The notes: generated by a model not told the origin, from the sequence alone. A stretch of 64,000 bases of DNA from Paraphysomonas bandaiensis (GCA_965644295.1 CBFFRP010000276.1:62001-126000), one strand, 5' to 3'; counted from the stretch's first letter, positions 1 to 14,227 are shown. Made by a program: numbers and translations.

Positions 1-223
1 ACCAATGCTGTTCTCACGAATTATTCGCTCGAGTTTATTACCAGTTGTACATACTATAATCAGATATAGCCTGTAAAGGTTAACTGAAAATGAAAAAATG
101 GCTATACAAAGTAACTATATCAGGTGTATTTGACTTCACTTCACGAAGTGTAGTAACACAGTTTTAAAACATCCAGACATATCAAACAGCAAAAACTATC
201 CACAGGGAATTTTTATTTCATAC

Positions 224-1917
224 TTAGCTAACGCTATGTCTCCTAGGCCTTTGTGATCGAGAAGGTGTGTTCGTTCCATCCATTCTGCCTAACACAGGAT
301 GTACTGAATTCTTATCCAGCTCTATTACTGGAAGTACACGTCGTTTGTTACCACCAGTATGAGTGCTACTTGGAGTAAACGAATCGTGAGTTGACTCCTT
401 TGACGGCATTTTCGTGGGTTTTTGGGTTCTTGGGGATGCGGAATTCCTCCTGCTGCGTGGTGTCTTATGTCGCTTAGAATCTTCTGAATCCACCTCCAAC
501 TCGGCTGTCGTGTCTATAGGTAGCGGAGATATAATTTTAGTGACTGCCTTAGCAGCTTTTTTCTTGGAAATATGGTTTAAGGTTTTCTTTCGAGAATTTT
601 CTTCAGGCAACTCGAGCATAGCTTGCGCACCTACAGAGTATCATCACTTCATCAATGTATGCGGAATGTGTACTCACAAGATGATTTAGGTCGGTACTTA
701 TCCGGCTGAGAGCATTGTTGAATGAAATTGTCAATAACATTTTTCCTGTTAACATTTTAGTGATATGCAAGAATATCAACAGTTAAGGTTTAGTGCCTGG
801 ATTCTAAAACTGGAAGCACTCCCGTCTTTTTAAGTTGTTTATCGTCATATGAATTTCGTCGTTCCTTAGCGCGAGGCACTGTCTTCCGCTGCATCTTTTG
901 TCCACGCTGTCCTCGTAAATCGGTTATATTCATTAATTCCTTCACTTTCTCATCACTTTTTGCAACATTCAGTACTAACAAGGAATTAGTGTCTTGCATG
1001 TCGCTCGCAGAATGTGACAGGATATCTTCTTCAGCAGTAGTTCGCAGACCAATCAAATCCTTAATATGAACATATTCTTTCCCACCACTACGAGCAATTC
1101 GCTTCTGGCCATGGTTTTTCCAAAAGCGCTTGCCGAGAACTTTGTTTTGAAGTTTCCTCTGCATTTCAAATGCTGGGAAAAACAGAGCTGGGTGACTCTT
1201 TGAGAAGTCTCTGAACTCAGAAGGGCCAAAGGTTTGGCTCTCGGAATGTGAGATTTTATGATACAGTCTGCAAATACCATAAGGTATTAATATACAGTAT
1301 AACACATTGTACTAACTGCATGGCACGCTTATTGCTTTCAAAATTATCTCCATAGAGATCCCGCAGCATTCGTGCAACTTCAGAAATTTCCAATACGTTG
1401 CTACAATCATGATCGTACATGTCAAAGCTGAACAAGTCTATACATAAAGTTACCAATAAGGTGAAGTAGTATATATAGAGATCAATATTGGCTTACAAAG
1501 AGCTTCATCTCCTAGAGTTGCATAATTCCAAACACTAATTACAAATTCGCGAAAGTCCACCTGCCCACTCCCATCCTACATGAAAATATTTACCCAAAAT
1601 TAACAGTGAAAACAACAGCATACCACATCCATAATAGAAAATACTTGTCGTGAAAACGTTGTATTTTCAATGTCCATATACATTAGCATTTCTAATACAT
1701 CAATCTCTCCTGAGCCATCAACGTCAACATGACGGAAAATATTATACAGACGACGAATCTCAAATTCAGAAAGCATGAGTCGTTCAAAATCATCTCTCCA
1801 TGCATTCAACCGTAGATCATATTTATAAATATTTCTCAGTAGTAGCAGTGTGGTAGCTACTTTGTGTTTTAAGTTTGCCATATTTGCAACTTTAGCTTTA
1901 GTGCTTTCGGTAACCAT
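224..1917 (-). CDS. EF-hand Ca2+-binding protein (calcineurin-B/NCS-like EF hands plus basic disordered tail), multi-exon
   Basis: EF-hand loops DVDGSGEIDVLE and DHDCSNVLEISE. ORF pieces 1600-1926, 1256-1456, 790-1305 and 224-619 are joined by short GT-AG introns. ATG at 1917. Confidence 0.8.
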
Positions 1918-2423
1918 AACACACAAATCTCTATATGTAAATACACTATAGACTTGTTAAGTTAGATACTATAAAGGAACTCCTTCACTCGTAATTCAAG
2001 TTAATTCAAAGGATATAAACAAGTGTGGCTTGATGTCCACCCTCAAGTTATATGGCAGTGGTAACGAATAAGCGGCTCCGATGTGGCGATATACATTATG
2101 ACGAACAATACTAACACTACATCCAATAGAATCTATGTAACTCTATATACATGAAATTGATTGGCTAATATTTCAGTTTAGGGAAATTCTGGCGAATTAA
2201 ATTAAAAGCATGCATATCGTATGTATACTGCTGCTGGTGCTGTACGACTCAAGTACTGTGTGCATATACGGTCCTGTATTACTACGAGACAAAGCAGGGA
2301 ATACATTAGTTAACAGTGTTAGTTATGGATGTAGCCGTATGTACCCCACTGTGTATAGAGTTGTATGGAGTATTCTCTGTATACAATACAGTATGCTGTA
2401 TAGAGTGGTATGCTGCATACGTA

Positions 2424-2547
2424 TCGGAAATAAATTGAAGCAAATATAATCTATATAAATACAATACACCTACGGCTGTAATACAGATAATTTTTATCTC
2501 AATATTTGAGGCATCTTGGAACAAAAATATACAAAGGATGCCAATAC
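2424..2547 (+). repeat. Dispersed ~125-150 bp promoter-region element, copy 1 (MITE-like)
   Basis: tcggaaataaattgaagc...ctacggctg.aatacagataat...ctcaatatttgaggcatcttggaacaaaaatatacaaaggatgccaatac aligns to copies at 7092, 39749, 51295 and 56938. Confidence 0.9.
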
Positions 2548-2853
2548 GTATATGAGGATGCAGGGAATCTTATCGTACTGTTCGACAGTTGAATGGGATC
2601 ATGTATGCATCCTGCTATCACCACCATCCACCATTGAAATCATTGCATAACAAGAAAATTGAATGAGATATTCATAATCAATAGAATTGTATTGCATGTA
2701 TAGATGATATATGAACCAGTTATTCGAACGATATAATACAATTGAGAATTATATTGCAAGTATAGTCCATATATAGAATACACGACACGCAACATACTTA
2801 TATTGTCTATTAAGGACGATTTGGTTTAACAATACATTCATTCTATATTTCTA

Positions 2854-4382
2854 ATGGTTGATGTACAACATGCAAGTCCTGAGAAGAAGAAATCACTGCC
2901 AAAGAAGCCCCGTCCAACCTTTATGAGGCAAGTGATAAATGTCCTCATGTTGGCCAGGAATGTCTATAAGTTCGACAAGAGGTTAATGATATGGAAAGAT
3001 GAATTCCAAGAAATGAAACTTGGCGAATTTGATATTCGCCGTATGTATTGTTTATTTCGACAAATAGATATGGATGGGGTCAACAGGATCAACATTGAAG
3101 AAATGATGCTTTACTTTGGAGTTGAATGCACAAGGTTTGCTAAAGAAATGTTTTCAATTCTGAGTGTGGTGAGTGTACACTGCTGTACTTGAATGAATAA
3201 GTTATCGTTCTCTAGGATATATGCCGCACACTTAATTTTCGTGACTTCGTTCTCTGCATGTGGAATTTTCTAACACTTAATGACGATGCCATTTGTAAGT
3301 GCCAGAATTTTTGCATGGGCCGTTCTTATATTGTATAGATTTGTTTGGCTTTGATTTGTACGACAAGAATAACAACAACGAGCTTGAACTTTCTGAAGTG
3401 AAAAGAATGTTGAAGGATTTATACTCCGATCACTTTGAGACAAGCAAAAGAGCTATGGCGTAAGTTTCTTCTTACATTGTACTCAACGTATGATGTGTAC
3501 TGTGGTGAGCAGACTTTATCAACGAGTGAGATTGCGAGGAGAAAGAATCGGTCCACAAGAATTCAAAGAATATGCTAGAAATAATCCAGCTCTATTTTTT
3601 CCCGCCTTTGACATGCAGCAAAAGATACGAAAACAAGTTATCGGCAAAATTTTCTGGAAAAGCAAGGCTAAATCCCGTGCGAAGTGTGCGATAGAGTCGT
3701 GTCCTCGTGTTAAGGATTTACTAGCTTTCTGTTCGCAAAAGGATGACAACGGTCTTCTTGTACTGGATACAACCGCTTCCGAAAATTCCTTGGGTCGAAA
3801 TTCTTGGCGGACAGCTGCCAGGGGAACTGCACAAGGTTCTCCCGTGTATCCAAAGGGATCCCCACAGCAGTGAGTATATCAATATACTGTTTTCCTATGA
3901 TGTGTTCACTTTCGATTGGATATTTTCAGTCAAGATACGCGAGATGGGATATTGAATCGATACGCATCTGCTAAAGAAACAGATGGGAGTGGACTTTCTC
4001 CTGCGAACATAGAACCTTCAGGCAAATCATCGATTGGTATGACCATTAAGTCTTACGAATATGTTGTCTGACGTCTATTTTGGTAGACAAAGGAAGACGT
4101 AAGTCTGCGCGCGGTTCGCCATCAAAAGCGATTGACTTTCTTCTCGGGAGTACGGACTCTGATTTGAGTGATAGGATCAACTCAAACCGAAAATTGAAAC
4201 GTGGGAATGAATCTGGCAAGGCAGTCGTCTCAACGAAGTCCAAAAACACTGGTCGTCGTGCAACTATCACATCTGTGGGCGGTGATAAACGACGTGTGGC
4301 TCCAGAGTCTGCTAAGGGAGTTGAGCTCTTGGGTAGTGCGAAATCTCCATCTAAGAAGACGAGGCGCAATAGCGTCTCCTAA
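2854..4382 (+). CDS. EF-hand protein, paralogue of the divergent gene at 224-1917, multi-exon
   Basis: Shared motifs RN(I/V)YK(Y/F)D.RL..W.D.F, FD.YD, PAL(F)FPAF.MQ.K, GG.KRRV.P and terminal RR(H/N)SVS*. Intron positions look equivalent. Confidence 0.8.
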
Positions 4383-4858
4383 TCCTGCTACACTACCAGT
4401 TTTATACACTCATTACAGTTTTAAATGTACGTATTTTATAAAGTTTAATTGGGACAGTCTGGAACAGATGTCAGGAAATTACACACTATTCACACTGCAA
4501 TGACTAGCGCTTGTCATGTAGCAGTCAGTTTATTATTTTTTCGGTAGTCCCTAGTCATTATTTTTCATAATCTGACTGTTTTATATAAAGTAGATTATGT
4601 TAGCAGAGTTATGGCACATACATAATGACTGCTGTTTGAAGTGTTGCTTTGCTTTTAATTTATAACTTCATTTTTTTTATAACTCTTCTCTTTTCTGGGA
4701 TATGAGATAAGTAGTTTACATACAATACACAATATGAATTAGAATATTAAAAATATAGAAGTGAATTATATGTAGAGAGTAAATCTTAATCTTTATAAAA
4801 AAAGTTCTTATCTCAAAAGCCAATTATATAGAATGCTTAACTGGGTGTAAATCAACGA

Positions 4859-6943
4859 TCACAAAGAACTGACCCCTTTAATACGCTGCTGCAATACCCA
4901 AATCTGGAAGCTCTCTGAAATTTGTCTTACCTGCAGCACTGAATCATACAAAATAATCACGGAGCCTAGTATCTGGTATATGAATCTTGTGGACATATTT
5001 ATCTCCAGTACGATTAGCATTAAAGTAAATAGAGATAAAGTTACTAGAAATGCTGCCCATAATACAGTCCACAAAATTTGATGGTACTTTGGCGTGGTAC
5101 TGACGATCCATCCACATTTAGATAAAACACACATTATTTCTCTGAAAATACAGATCAAGAAAAAGGGAGGAGATATACTGGGTGATGAATCGAGAGAATA
5201 GCACAAAACAAGCGATGCTACAAATGCAGCTGAGGCAAGTGGACAATGTGCATATAATGAGTCCTTACTTGCACTCACTAACACAACGACCTCCATGAAT
5301 AACAAAAGAGAATACGCACTGAGTGCTGGTATTTCGATAAAAATATGCAGAAACCACAGCGTAATAGAGATCAATGGCAGGCATAGTCTAACCATGCTAA
5401 ACATGATGGATATTCTCTCTGAAACCAAAAGCCGGCAACGATTTCCAACAGTTTGAGTTGTGCAACACTGGGGAGCTCCAACAATAGCTATATAGGTGCT
5501 GTGTAACAACCAGTAAGTAACTACACATCCCATAAAAAACAAAGATACGCTCCTGGCCGTTGTAGATGCGATTGTGAAGACTGAGGTGACAACTACTAAA
5601 ATCCAGAGAATATCAGAATACAATAATGGTGAGGTCCACCTGAGAGAGAGTTGTTCGTAGGTGAGTTCTTGTTTATCTGGCGGAGCACTGCAGATAACGT
5701 CATTGTCAATTACTGGACGGGTGTTAAACTTCTTCGAGTGCGAGTCAAACTGCGAAACAGCTTGAAATATAGTATCCCATGTGTCTTGGCAACACATTGC
5801 GAGTCTAAAGTGTTCTATGGATCTTTCGCAAACGTACCACACACCAGGAGTGAGTTTACAGCGTAGAGAATAATGGTCAGATTCTTTGGAGTAAGTTGAT
5901 AGGTCTAAAGGTATCCATGGATGGCGATCAGGTGAAGGAAATATTGGACGAGTTTGAGACACAGATGACAGAAGTCCGTCCCAGCCCTCATTAAACCATT
6001 CATTACAGTTTACTGATGCAATTGGTCGGCACACTAGACGACCGAACAGACTCTTGCCTAGAATTATCGTAAATTGATTCCAGCAGAGAGCTAGTAAAGA
6101 AGCTGAATTCGAAACAGGGTATGTTAAGCTTCCTGTGATGCTTAAATAATAAGTGTTAGGGTAGGTGCATAGAAAGTCGCCCCATCGACGTTGAGAATGC
6201 AGAGTCATATCGTACGCGGCGTTATCAGTGTTCGACGCTACAGTCACGCCGAGCCACCCAAGCAATAAACGGAAAAAGGAATCATTGTGGGACATATGTA
6301 GCGACCAATACTCTAATAACAGAGGAAAGTTAGTCAAATACAATAATCAGAATTCTTCGACATATAAGTACTACCTACCAAAATTACATCCAACAATCTG
6401 AGATATGAAACGTATACCGAAGAAGTCCGCCAAGTGAATACAGTTGCTTAAAACAAATCCAGGAGAACCCCATGTCACAACAGGTGGAATATTTGTGTGA
6501 GCACCGAGAAGATACGTCGCAAGTGCACCATTCAGAGGGGAATTTACAGTTATTATACCAGTAACCCATGATGATGTAGTTTCATAACCCTCAAATTGAT
6601 TTGTTGCAAGATAAGAATGTAAAGCACGTGCAGTAACGCCTCCATAACTATGTCCTACAAGTATAACAGGATTATCTTCTCCCCAATTTGATAATTTTCC
6701 TTTTGTAAATACTTTTCCATAACAATCATGCCCATGAAATTCACTGTGTTGATATCCATAATTCACTTGACCACCAATGAGTTCATAGAAGCATTCTATG
6801 ACTCTATCATGTATAGACATAACTGATGAAGGGAATAAACTGATTAATGTTATATTATCTGGTAAATAATAAGGACGACAATCCCATCCATCAGGATTAA
6901 GGAAACCACTAATAAATACAACAGTTGTTTGTTTAGTGGACAT
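4859..6943 (-). CDS. Alpha/beta-hydrolase lipase (family I.5/I.6-like) with C-terminal multi-pass membrane region, 2 exons
   Basis: Nucleophile elbow GHSYGG. Motif S.HDR..E.FYEL.GG.V.YG..HS..HGH..YG is typical of Geobacillus/Staphylococcus-type lipases. Candidate catalytic Asp (WDGLLS) and His (IEHF). About 7-8 hydrophobic segments in the last ~250 aa. Intron at about 6314-6378. Confidence 0.8.
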
Positions 6944-7091
6944 CTTTGTAATGTATGGTATTAGATGAGTGTATTGTAATAGTATAGTAGTATATATATG
7001 TATAGTAGGATGAGCTACATGATAATTCATATGTTACTATGATATATACACATAATATACTAAACATCTTCGTAATCTTTGAGTTGACGTC

Positions 7092-7240
7092 GTATCAGCA
7101 GTCAGCATCATATTATTCGGAAATATATTGAAGCAAATATCCTCTATATTACTGTGATAAAACTACGGCTGAAATACAGATAATTATTGTCTCAATATTA
7201 GAGGCATCTTGGAACAAAAATATACAAAGGATGCCGATAT
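7092..7240 (+). repeat. Promoter-region element, copy 2
   Basis: Aligns to 2424-2547. Flanked by a 26-bp direct repeat (7065-7090 and 7242-7267, one mismatch). Confidence 0.9.
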
Positions 7241-7620
7241 GCATCTTCGTAATCTTCGAGTTGACGTATCATACTATCATCTCACTTCATTGATATCTAG
7301 CCAATCACCACTCAGTATATATATTACGACAGATTGTTATATAAGAATGCATCATTTATTGTATTCCCTGTATTCCTATATACCATCCCTGTTTATGCGT
7401 ATGTGGTATTTGGTATGTCCTTTGGCCATTTTTTATGGCTTCAACCTTTAAATATCTGTATTTTTAATGAAATTTAGGGATTTACGGATTTAAGTTTCCT
7501 AAAAAATGGCGTTTCTACATACAGAGATCTGCTGTATACAGCAGAGTATGTGTTGTATATACAGTATACAGCAGTATAACTCTATGTATGTAACCACCTC
7601 ACACCATACTTTAAACATCA

Positions 7621-7627
7621 CACATAC

Positions 7628-7688
<61 letters not shown>

Positions 7689-7692
7689 TAGA
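7621..7692. repeat. Compound microsatellite (CATA)n(TA)n(GA)n
   Basis: Read directly from the sequence. Confidence 0.95.
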
Positions 7693-7876
7693 GATGTCTA
7701 GAGATGATATCAATCAATCAATGAGATAGAAAATCTCTGTATTATATTAGAGATATTTAATTCATATCTATATCTCTATATAATCATGACATGAAAGCAT
7801 CTATAATCCATATATATATACACTAATAAGTTCATACTAGACTCTTCTCTTCTTAAGAGACTAGATCATATAGATC

Positions 7877-10873
7877 ATGTTACCTAGTATTAATGATAAT
7901 CTTATATCACGTGTCAGATCATCTGAAACATTTCCTCGTATTAAAGCAGCTGAAGCAAAACTTAAAGAAGATATACGTAAAAGAAAACAAAATAGAAAGA
8001 AATGTAAAGAGAAAGAAATGCATGGTGATATATATAAAGATGATCATCCATCTGGACAACCAAAAAAACAATTATTTTCATCTCATATTCTTGATGATGA
8101 TGCTGAAAATGCAAAATATATGTTGTATAATGAAGTATCTTATCCCAAATTATTTCAAGAAGGAGATACTGTTAGTCCGGTTGATGCTGAAGCTGTTATG
8201 GATAAGTTATGGGTGGCTGGCTTTCTAGACCGAGCTGGAAAAGACCGAGAAAAGTATGAACTAGCAAGAGCATCCAACAGAAAACAAGTTTTACCGTCCT
8301 TCACTAAAAATATGGATCAGGCTAGTGTCGTATCGTCATCATCTGTATCGTCCACATCTACTCAATCTACAAAATCGAAGTCGTCGGTCAAATCTGCGTA
8401 TAAATTTGACCCCAGTGACGCCCCTTGGTCAAGTGCAGCAAGTCGGAGAGCCTCCGTACAGAGTGTCGTAACAGGGGGGGCTACAATAGAGAGTGAAAAC
8501 CCCACTGAATCGACACTATCTGTGAATGACCAATACCGCTTAAAAGTTTTAGAGGATTCCTTGAAGAGCCATGAGGCTAAGAAAAAGAAGAAAAAAAAGG
8601 AATTGGTGAAAGGTATTGCTGTTTATGCAGCGACTAATAAAAGCATAAAACGGAACCGCGCACCTGCGAAAGTTTATCCTGACAGCTTCAGTTCATTTGA
8701 GCTCGAAAATGTGTTCGAGCGTGAACGTATCGAAAATCTTGCTGCCAAGAAGATTCAAAGGGCCTACATTCATTCTTGTGTCATACACAAACTCCGATTT
8801 GTCTTCGTTTGTATGAAGATGGCTGTACGCATTCAACGGTTTATTCGGGGTGTATCAACGCGCCGCCGCGTTGCACAATGGTACAAGGTCAAGACAGAGC
8901 TTGCTACCCAGTGGCAGGCGCGTGTTCGAAAGTGGCGGAGCAATAAGTATCTTCGTAAGCAGCAAGCACACGAGAAGCAGTGTGCTACTAAGATACAAGC
9001 CATGGTTCTTGGGAAGCTTGCGCGACTAAAGGTTTATAATATGAAGCGGCACTTGGCTGCAGAGAGGATTCAGACCACATGGAGAGGGGTCGTGGCGAGA
9101 TCACGCGCAGATCGAATGTGGCTCAGTCGCACCACTATTCCCATCCAAACGATAGCCCGAAAAATGGTAGCCAAAATGAGGTATGCATCTATGCGGGTAG
9201 AACTTAATGAAGCTGCAGTCAAGATTCAGCGATGCTTTCGTTCCTGGTCTGCTGTGCGACGCCTGGCGTCCACACTGCATCGACGAGAAGACCTTTATAG
9301 GGACTACACTGCCGCAATGTTGACCGCGGAGGAAGAGTGGGCAGATGACACCATATTAAAACTTTCTCATCGTTTGGAGAAGAAAGGTATCAGAGATAAA
9401 CTGCGATTGGTGGTAAAGGACTACCAGCGAACACTGGAGGATATTCACTTTAAGGAAAATGATTACATTGAAATAAACAGGCAAAAGGATATCCTCTCTG
9501 CCCGAGCTATCCAGCAGGGGTGGTTACACGAGTTGACGACTAACCTTATCGGGTTACGACGAGATATCACCGATATGAAGCTGAAGTGTGTATTTAAGAA
9601 GCAACACCTTCTCAAGAGCTTGGAGCATCAATTGATCAGGAAGGTGGAAGAAATAGAAGAGGTCGCTAGGTATCGAGACATGATAGCAGATTGTAGAGAG
9701 ATGGTACGCTGGGCATGATATTAACTACGATTTACTCATGTGTACGCTGCTATTGTAGGAGGTGGAAGATAACCGTGTTCGTGACTTTATTCGAAATACC
9801 CTTCAACGTAGACGGGATAAGCAAATGGCAATCGCCAACGAGCGCCGAAAGTGGCAAGTGAAGTTCTACACACCCAGTGGAAAACCAGATAAGCTTCGTC
9901 GGCCCGGAAGAAAATGGGACCCAGCAGCCTATGCTGGACCGGAGAAAATGACATATTGTGGGGCAAGCGGTGTCGACCTACATGCTAACATGAAACCCCG
10001 AATGCTGGGTGCTAAAGTTGGCTCTGACGAAAGTTTACAACAGGTTGTGAACGAGGTATCACTCCAGAACTACCTCCAGCAGGTGATACGTCGTGGTGTT
10101 ATGTAAGCTTCATTTATTGGTGTCGTTCTGAACAGGTTAATCACTATGAGCAACTTCTGAATCCTATTGCGAAAATCATGCAGGACTCCCTAGGGGCCCC
10201 ACCAGGACAGCCTCACCCGAAGGACTCTGGATGGGGCCCTGTAGGGGAGTCCCTTCCTTTGGCGATGGAGCACATCGGCGCCATACCCGCTCATTGGCGC
10301 GGCGATCGTGAGGAATACGAAAGACAGCAAGCCGAGGCGAGACAGAAGCGGGCTATCGAGGAAGCCCAACTCCGAGAGATGGAGGCTTTGGAGGAGGAAA
10401 GGAAAAAACTGTTAAGCGCAAATACGGACGGTATGAGTGAGTTTGCTGACTTCTTCGATCACGAGGGCGAAGAAACGAGCCAGGTTTCTCAGCTCTCGCG
10501 AGATAATACATCGCTACCTACCAGTATATCGAAAGGAAAGTCGAAGCGGCATATTGCATCCAAGATTCCCCATTCTGAACAGATTTCTACTTCCACTGCT
10601 TCGTCCCTTAGTGGTGCCAGCTTTGCGTCGCAAGCGAGTAAAACGAAAAGTAAAGGGTCAGAAACGACTTCCGTTCAGCAACAAGTGGTGGATACAAAGA
10701 AGAGGGAGCCCGATAGCGTGGCTCGTCTTCGCGCTGAGAAAAGGAAGGCTCGACTAAGGGAGAGACAACGAGGGGCGGCTGTAATCCCATGGGCACTTCT
10801 GGATCAGCTGGATGGCGAAAAGAAGAAGTTCGAAGCTGAGGTCTCGTACACTGAGTTTTATCACAAGATATAA
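7877..10873 (+). CDS. IQ-motif (calmodulin-binding) coiled-coil protein, 3 exons
   Basis: Repeated IQ motifs (AAKKIQRAY, AVRIQRFIRG, ATKIQAMVLG, AAERIQTTWRG, AAVKIQRCFRS). Introns at about 9704-9759 and 10083-10135. Confidence 0.85.
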
Positions 10874-11518
10874 GGAGCGTTACGTTAAGATACAGATTCA
10901 TGTGTGTGCCAATGTGTTAATGTATTGATGTTTTAATTATTTTGTATATATATTTCTAATATGTTACTTAAACAACATTACGTTCGTTGCAACTCTACGG
11001 TGGAGGCATGCACAGACTTACTGGCACACTACTCAATAATTAGCCAACACCACGAAAAGGTGCGAGTCCGACTTTGTCGGGGACAACGAATATATAATTT
11101 AAAATGTCGTCACTCATACTCGGCAATGAGACATGCTTCAAACTACTTTAAACTCTTACATTTCAATGCGATTGTTGAGTTTTGCTGTTTGAGCAATTAA
11201 AAGCTGCAATTCTAAGGTATTGGAATTATGAGAACACAGTTGTGGTTAACAGTATTATGAGGATATGAGGATTAACAACATGATAGCTACTGTAGTAATT
11301 AAACTGAATATAATATATTGATCATACACGATAGTGACGATGTAAGATCGTACGAGAAATGATTGGGTAGAGATAACATGTAATTGATGAATGAGGAGAG
11401 ATATTGATTATAATAGTTATAACAGGATTAATGAGTGAATACACGCCCAGTTAAGTTAGTAAATCATCCAATTGTATCACAACTTGACAGCAAAAAGTTC
11501 TTTCAAAGTTGATTTTAG

Positions 11519-12865
11519 CTCAACATAGCTTGAAAAAGGTATTGTGCACAAGATAATTCGTCGTTATCAAGAAACATGTGACTTGAAAGTTGACACTATA
11601 TTCACAGACATCGTCCTTCAGTACAGACATTATATCAGTTTCTAGTTTATTTTCCTTTATAGCTGAAATATTATAATATTATCCTCAGGGCGTATCAATA
11701 GTTGTAAACCACAACACGTATTCCAACAATATAGTAACTATATCTGAATAGTACCAAAACAAATATCTCTACTATTCTCTACTCACTTCTTCTGCAGCAA
11801 CTCCTTCGATCTTGTCTAATTCTATTGAGCTTTGCTTTCATGTGTTCGACAGCAACATCATAGAGATGATTGTCACCCACCTTTCCGCACTCATCTTCAA
11901 CTATCTTCAGATTATGGTGTTCCCGAAGCTCTACACTAGTTGCACTGGGTTTGTGCCAGCGTCTACTACCCTCTAACATGTTCAATATGCCTTTGAAGTA
12001 AGTGGGGTATGCGCAAGCAAACAAACGAATAGTCCCAGCAAGGTCTTCTGATATACCTGAACGACGAAATACATTATTCCGCGCCACTAAAATATCACAT
12101 TAGCGGACAGCAATTTATCTTACCTACAGCAACTGCTCCCTCAACATGACGGCCCAATTCGTCTATGGGATTTAGATGCTGGACGGCCCCACGCAATACA
12201 TCGCCATTGTTTTCGATGGCGCAGATATCACCACAGAGATAATAAATCATGGCATGCGTAATACCATCTTGTGTATTCAGGCGCGATGAGATCAATCGAC
12301 GAACGCAATTGATATCGTCAAGACAAGAATGAACACTACCATTAGATCCCAAAATTGTTGTCTGAAACTCCTCAAGAGATCCCGTACGTTTGGCCATCTT
12401 CGCTTTTTTCTGATCATAAAGATCAAAAAATAATTGACTTTTTACCCGATTTGAACATCGACGTAATACATTAATATGTTCAACTCTTTTATTTCCAAAA
12501 TCACCTTGAAAATTATGCCAATTCCAATGTCCAGCTAATAAAAGTTTGGATGTATTTGATATATTTTGAATTCTTATTGAATTATTAATAAGAATTTGTA
12601 AATATTCTTTATTATAATCATATTTTATTGGTGACCAATATTTACTACCTGTAGAAAATACAGTCACATCATGTAAACCATGACGATGATATTTTTTTAA
12701 TAATTCAACAAGTGTTTTACTACCACATTTAGGTACACGATTATATATAAGTATATCTGGTTCAGGTGTAGATTGTAAATAATTACAATATTGATGAACA
12801 AGATTATTTGTATTCGATTTTGTGTTATGTATGATATATAAGAATATGATAAGAAGAATCTGCAT
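11519..12865 (-). CDS. Heparan sulfate 2-O/uronyl-2-O sulfotransferase-like protein
   Basis: N-terminal hydrophobic anchor and PAPS-binding 5'-PSB motif YNRVPKCGSKT. The downstream exons and 3' end are less certain. Confidence 0.7.
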
Positions 12866-13459
12866 GATTATATATATGTATGTGTGTATATATGTGTGTG
12901 TATGTATATGTATATATACTTATATACTTATCTATCTATATATAATTAACTTACTTTGTGAAGTCACTCTACTTACTTTATATTGTAATATGAAGTGTAG
13001 GATATGATTGGATGGATATTATGGCTATGAGATACTGTACACAGACCTTCTTGCTATCTATGGGACCATTATTTGATTATACGAACCAGATTATGACACC
13101 AGAGAACCGAACTTTGGTCATAGTGGAACCTAGTTTTCTATAGACTCCCTCAAAATTTTGTTATAATATACTACAAAATCAGTATTTTTTCCATATCATT
13201 GGATTATAAATACCCGGATATCTACATTTTATTACATCCTCAATTTTACATCCTCTATATATAAAATTACGACATCACGAGTAGCACATCATCTGGGAAG
13301 AACGTTAGAATTCACCTCAAAAATTACGTATGAATTGAACCATATGTTCTCCTGTATGTAACGTAAGTATCTCATGTTACTGTTAGTATCACCCTATCCG
13401 TCTAATGACATATGAATATATAATATAATGAAATATGAATAGATAATGTTTTAATCCTC

Positions 13460-14227
13460 ATGCAATCACCATCTCGTCGTGTTCGTGGACAGCGGGTTGT
13501 ACCCACTGAAGGTGGTTTCTCCCCTGATAATGAAAACAGTAAGAGAATGGCTTCTAAAGGAATAACAGACTGTGAATATCGTCTCTTTTGTTATTTCTTA
13601 AGGCCTCATTATGATTATGATGGTAATGGAGTACCAGTTACACTATTCTCCCAGAAATTAATGGATCATAAGATATTCCAAACACGTGAGGAAGCTCAAC
13701 GCTGCTGCCAGAGATTAGATAGGTACCATTCTGGCTATATCAAGTTAGCAACGATATTCAATCACGCAAATGAGGATGGGCAGCCATTCCGAAATGAAAT
13801 TTACAAGTTTATAAAGACTGTGAGCACCGGCGAAGCCAATAGAATACTAACTCTATCCGATTCTGATGAGTGGAGTACTTTGGACGAGTGTGCATATGAA
13901 ACTTCTTCTGAAAACAGCGACCATGTATTTAGAGAATTAAGTCTTAACTCGATAACACGTGATCCGCGATCGAAGTACTCTACTTCAACTCGGATGGGAA
14001 CGACAACTCACGCAGATTGTTCCAAACGGAAAACTGGACGCCCCCGCAGCGCACGCGATCGAATCATAGGACGAATGATAACGCGTATAAAAGATAACGC
14101 CCACAAACGGTGTCAAATGGCGTCCGAAGATCAACAGGCCAAACATCTGTGTTTCGACGAACTCTCCGACGTTCAGAAAAGGAAAGTGGAAGCGTATATT
14201 AACAGGAACGACATACTAGAAGTATAA
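13460..14227 (+). CDS. Hypothetical protein, possible degenerate EF-hand
   Basis: Intronless 255-aa ORF. LDRYHSGYIKLATI resembles an EF loop. Confidence 0.6.
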   Translation: MQSPSRRVRGQRVVPTEGGFSPDNENSKRMASKGITDCEYRLFCYFLRPHYDYDGNGVPVTLFSQKLMDHKIFQTREEAQRCCQRLDRYHSGYIKLATIFNHANEDGQPFRNEIYKFIKTVSTGEANRILTLSDSDEWSTLDECAYETSSENSDHVFRELSLNSITRDPRSKYSTSTRMGTTTHADCSKRKTGRPRSARDRIIGRMITRIKDNAHKRCQMASEDQQAKHLCFDELSDVQKRKVEAYINRNDILEV

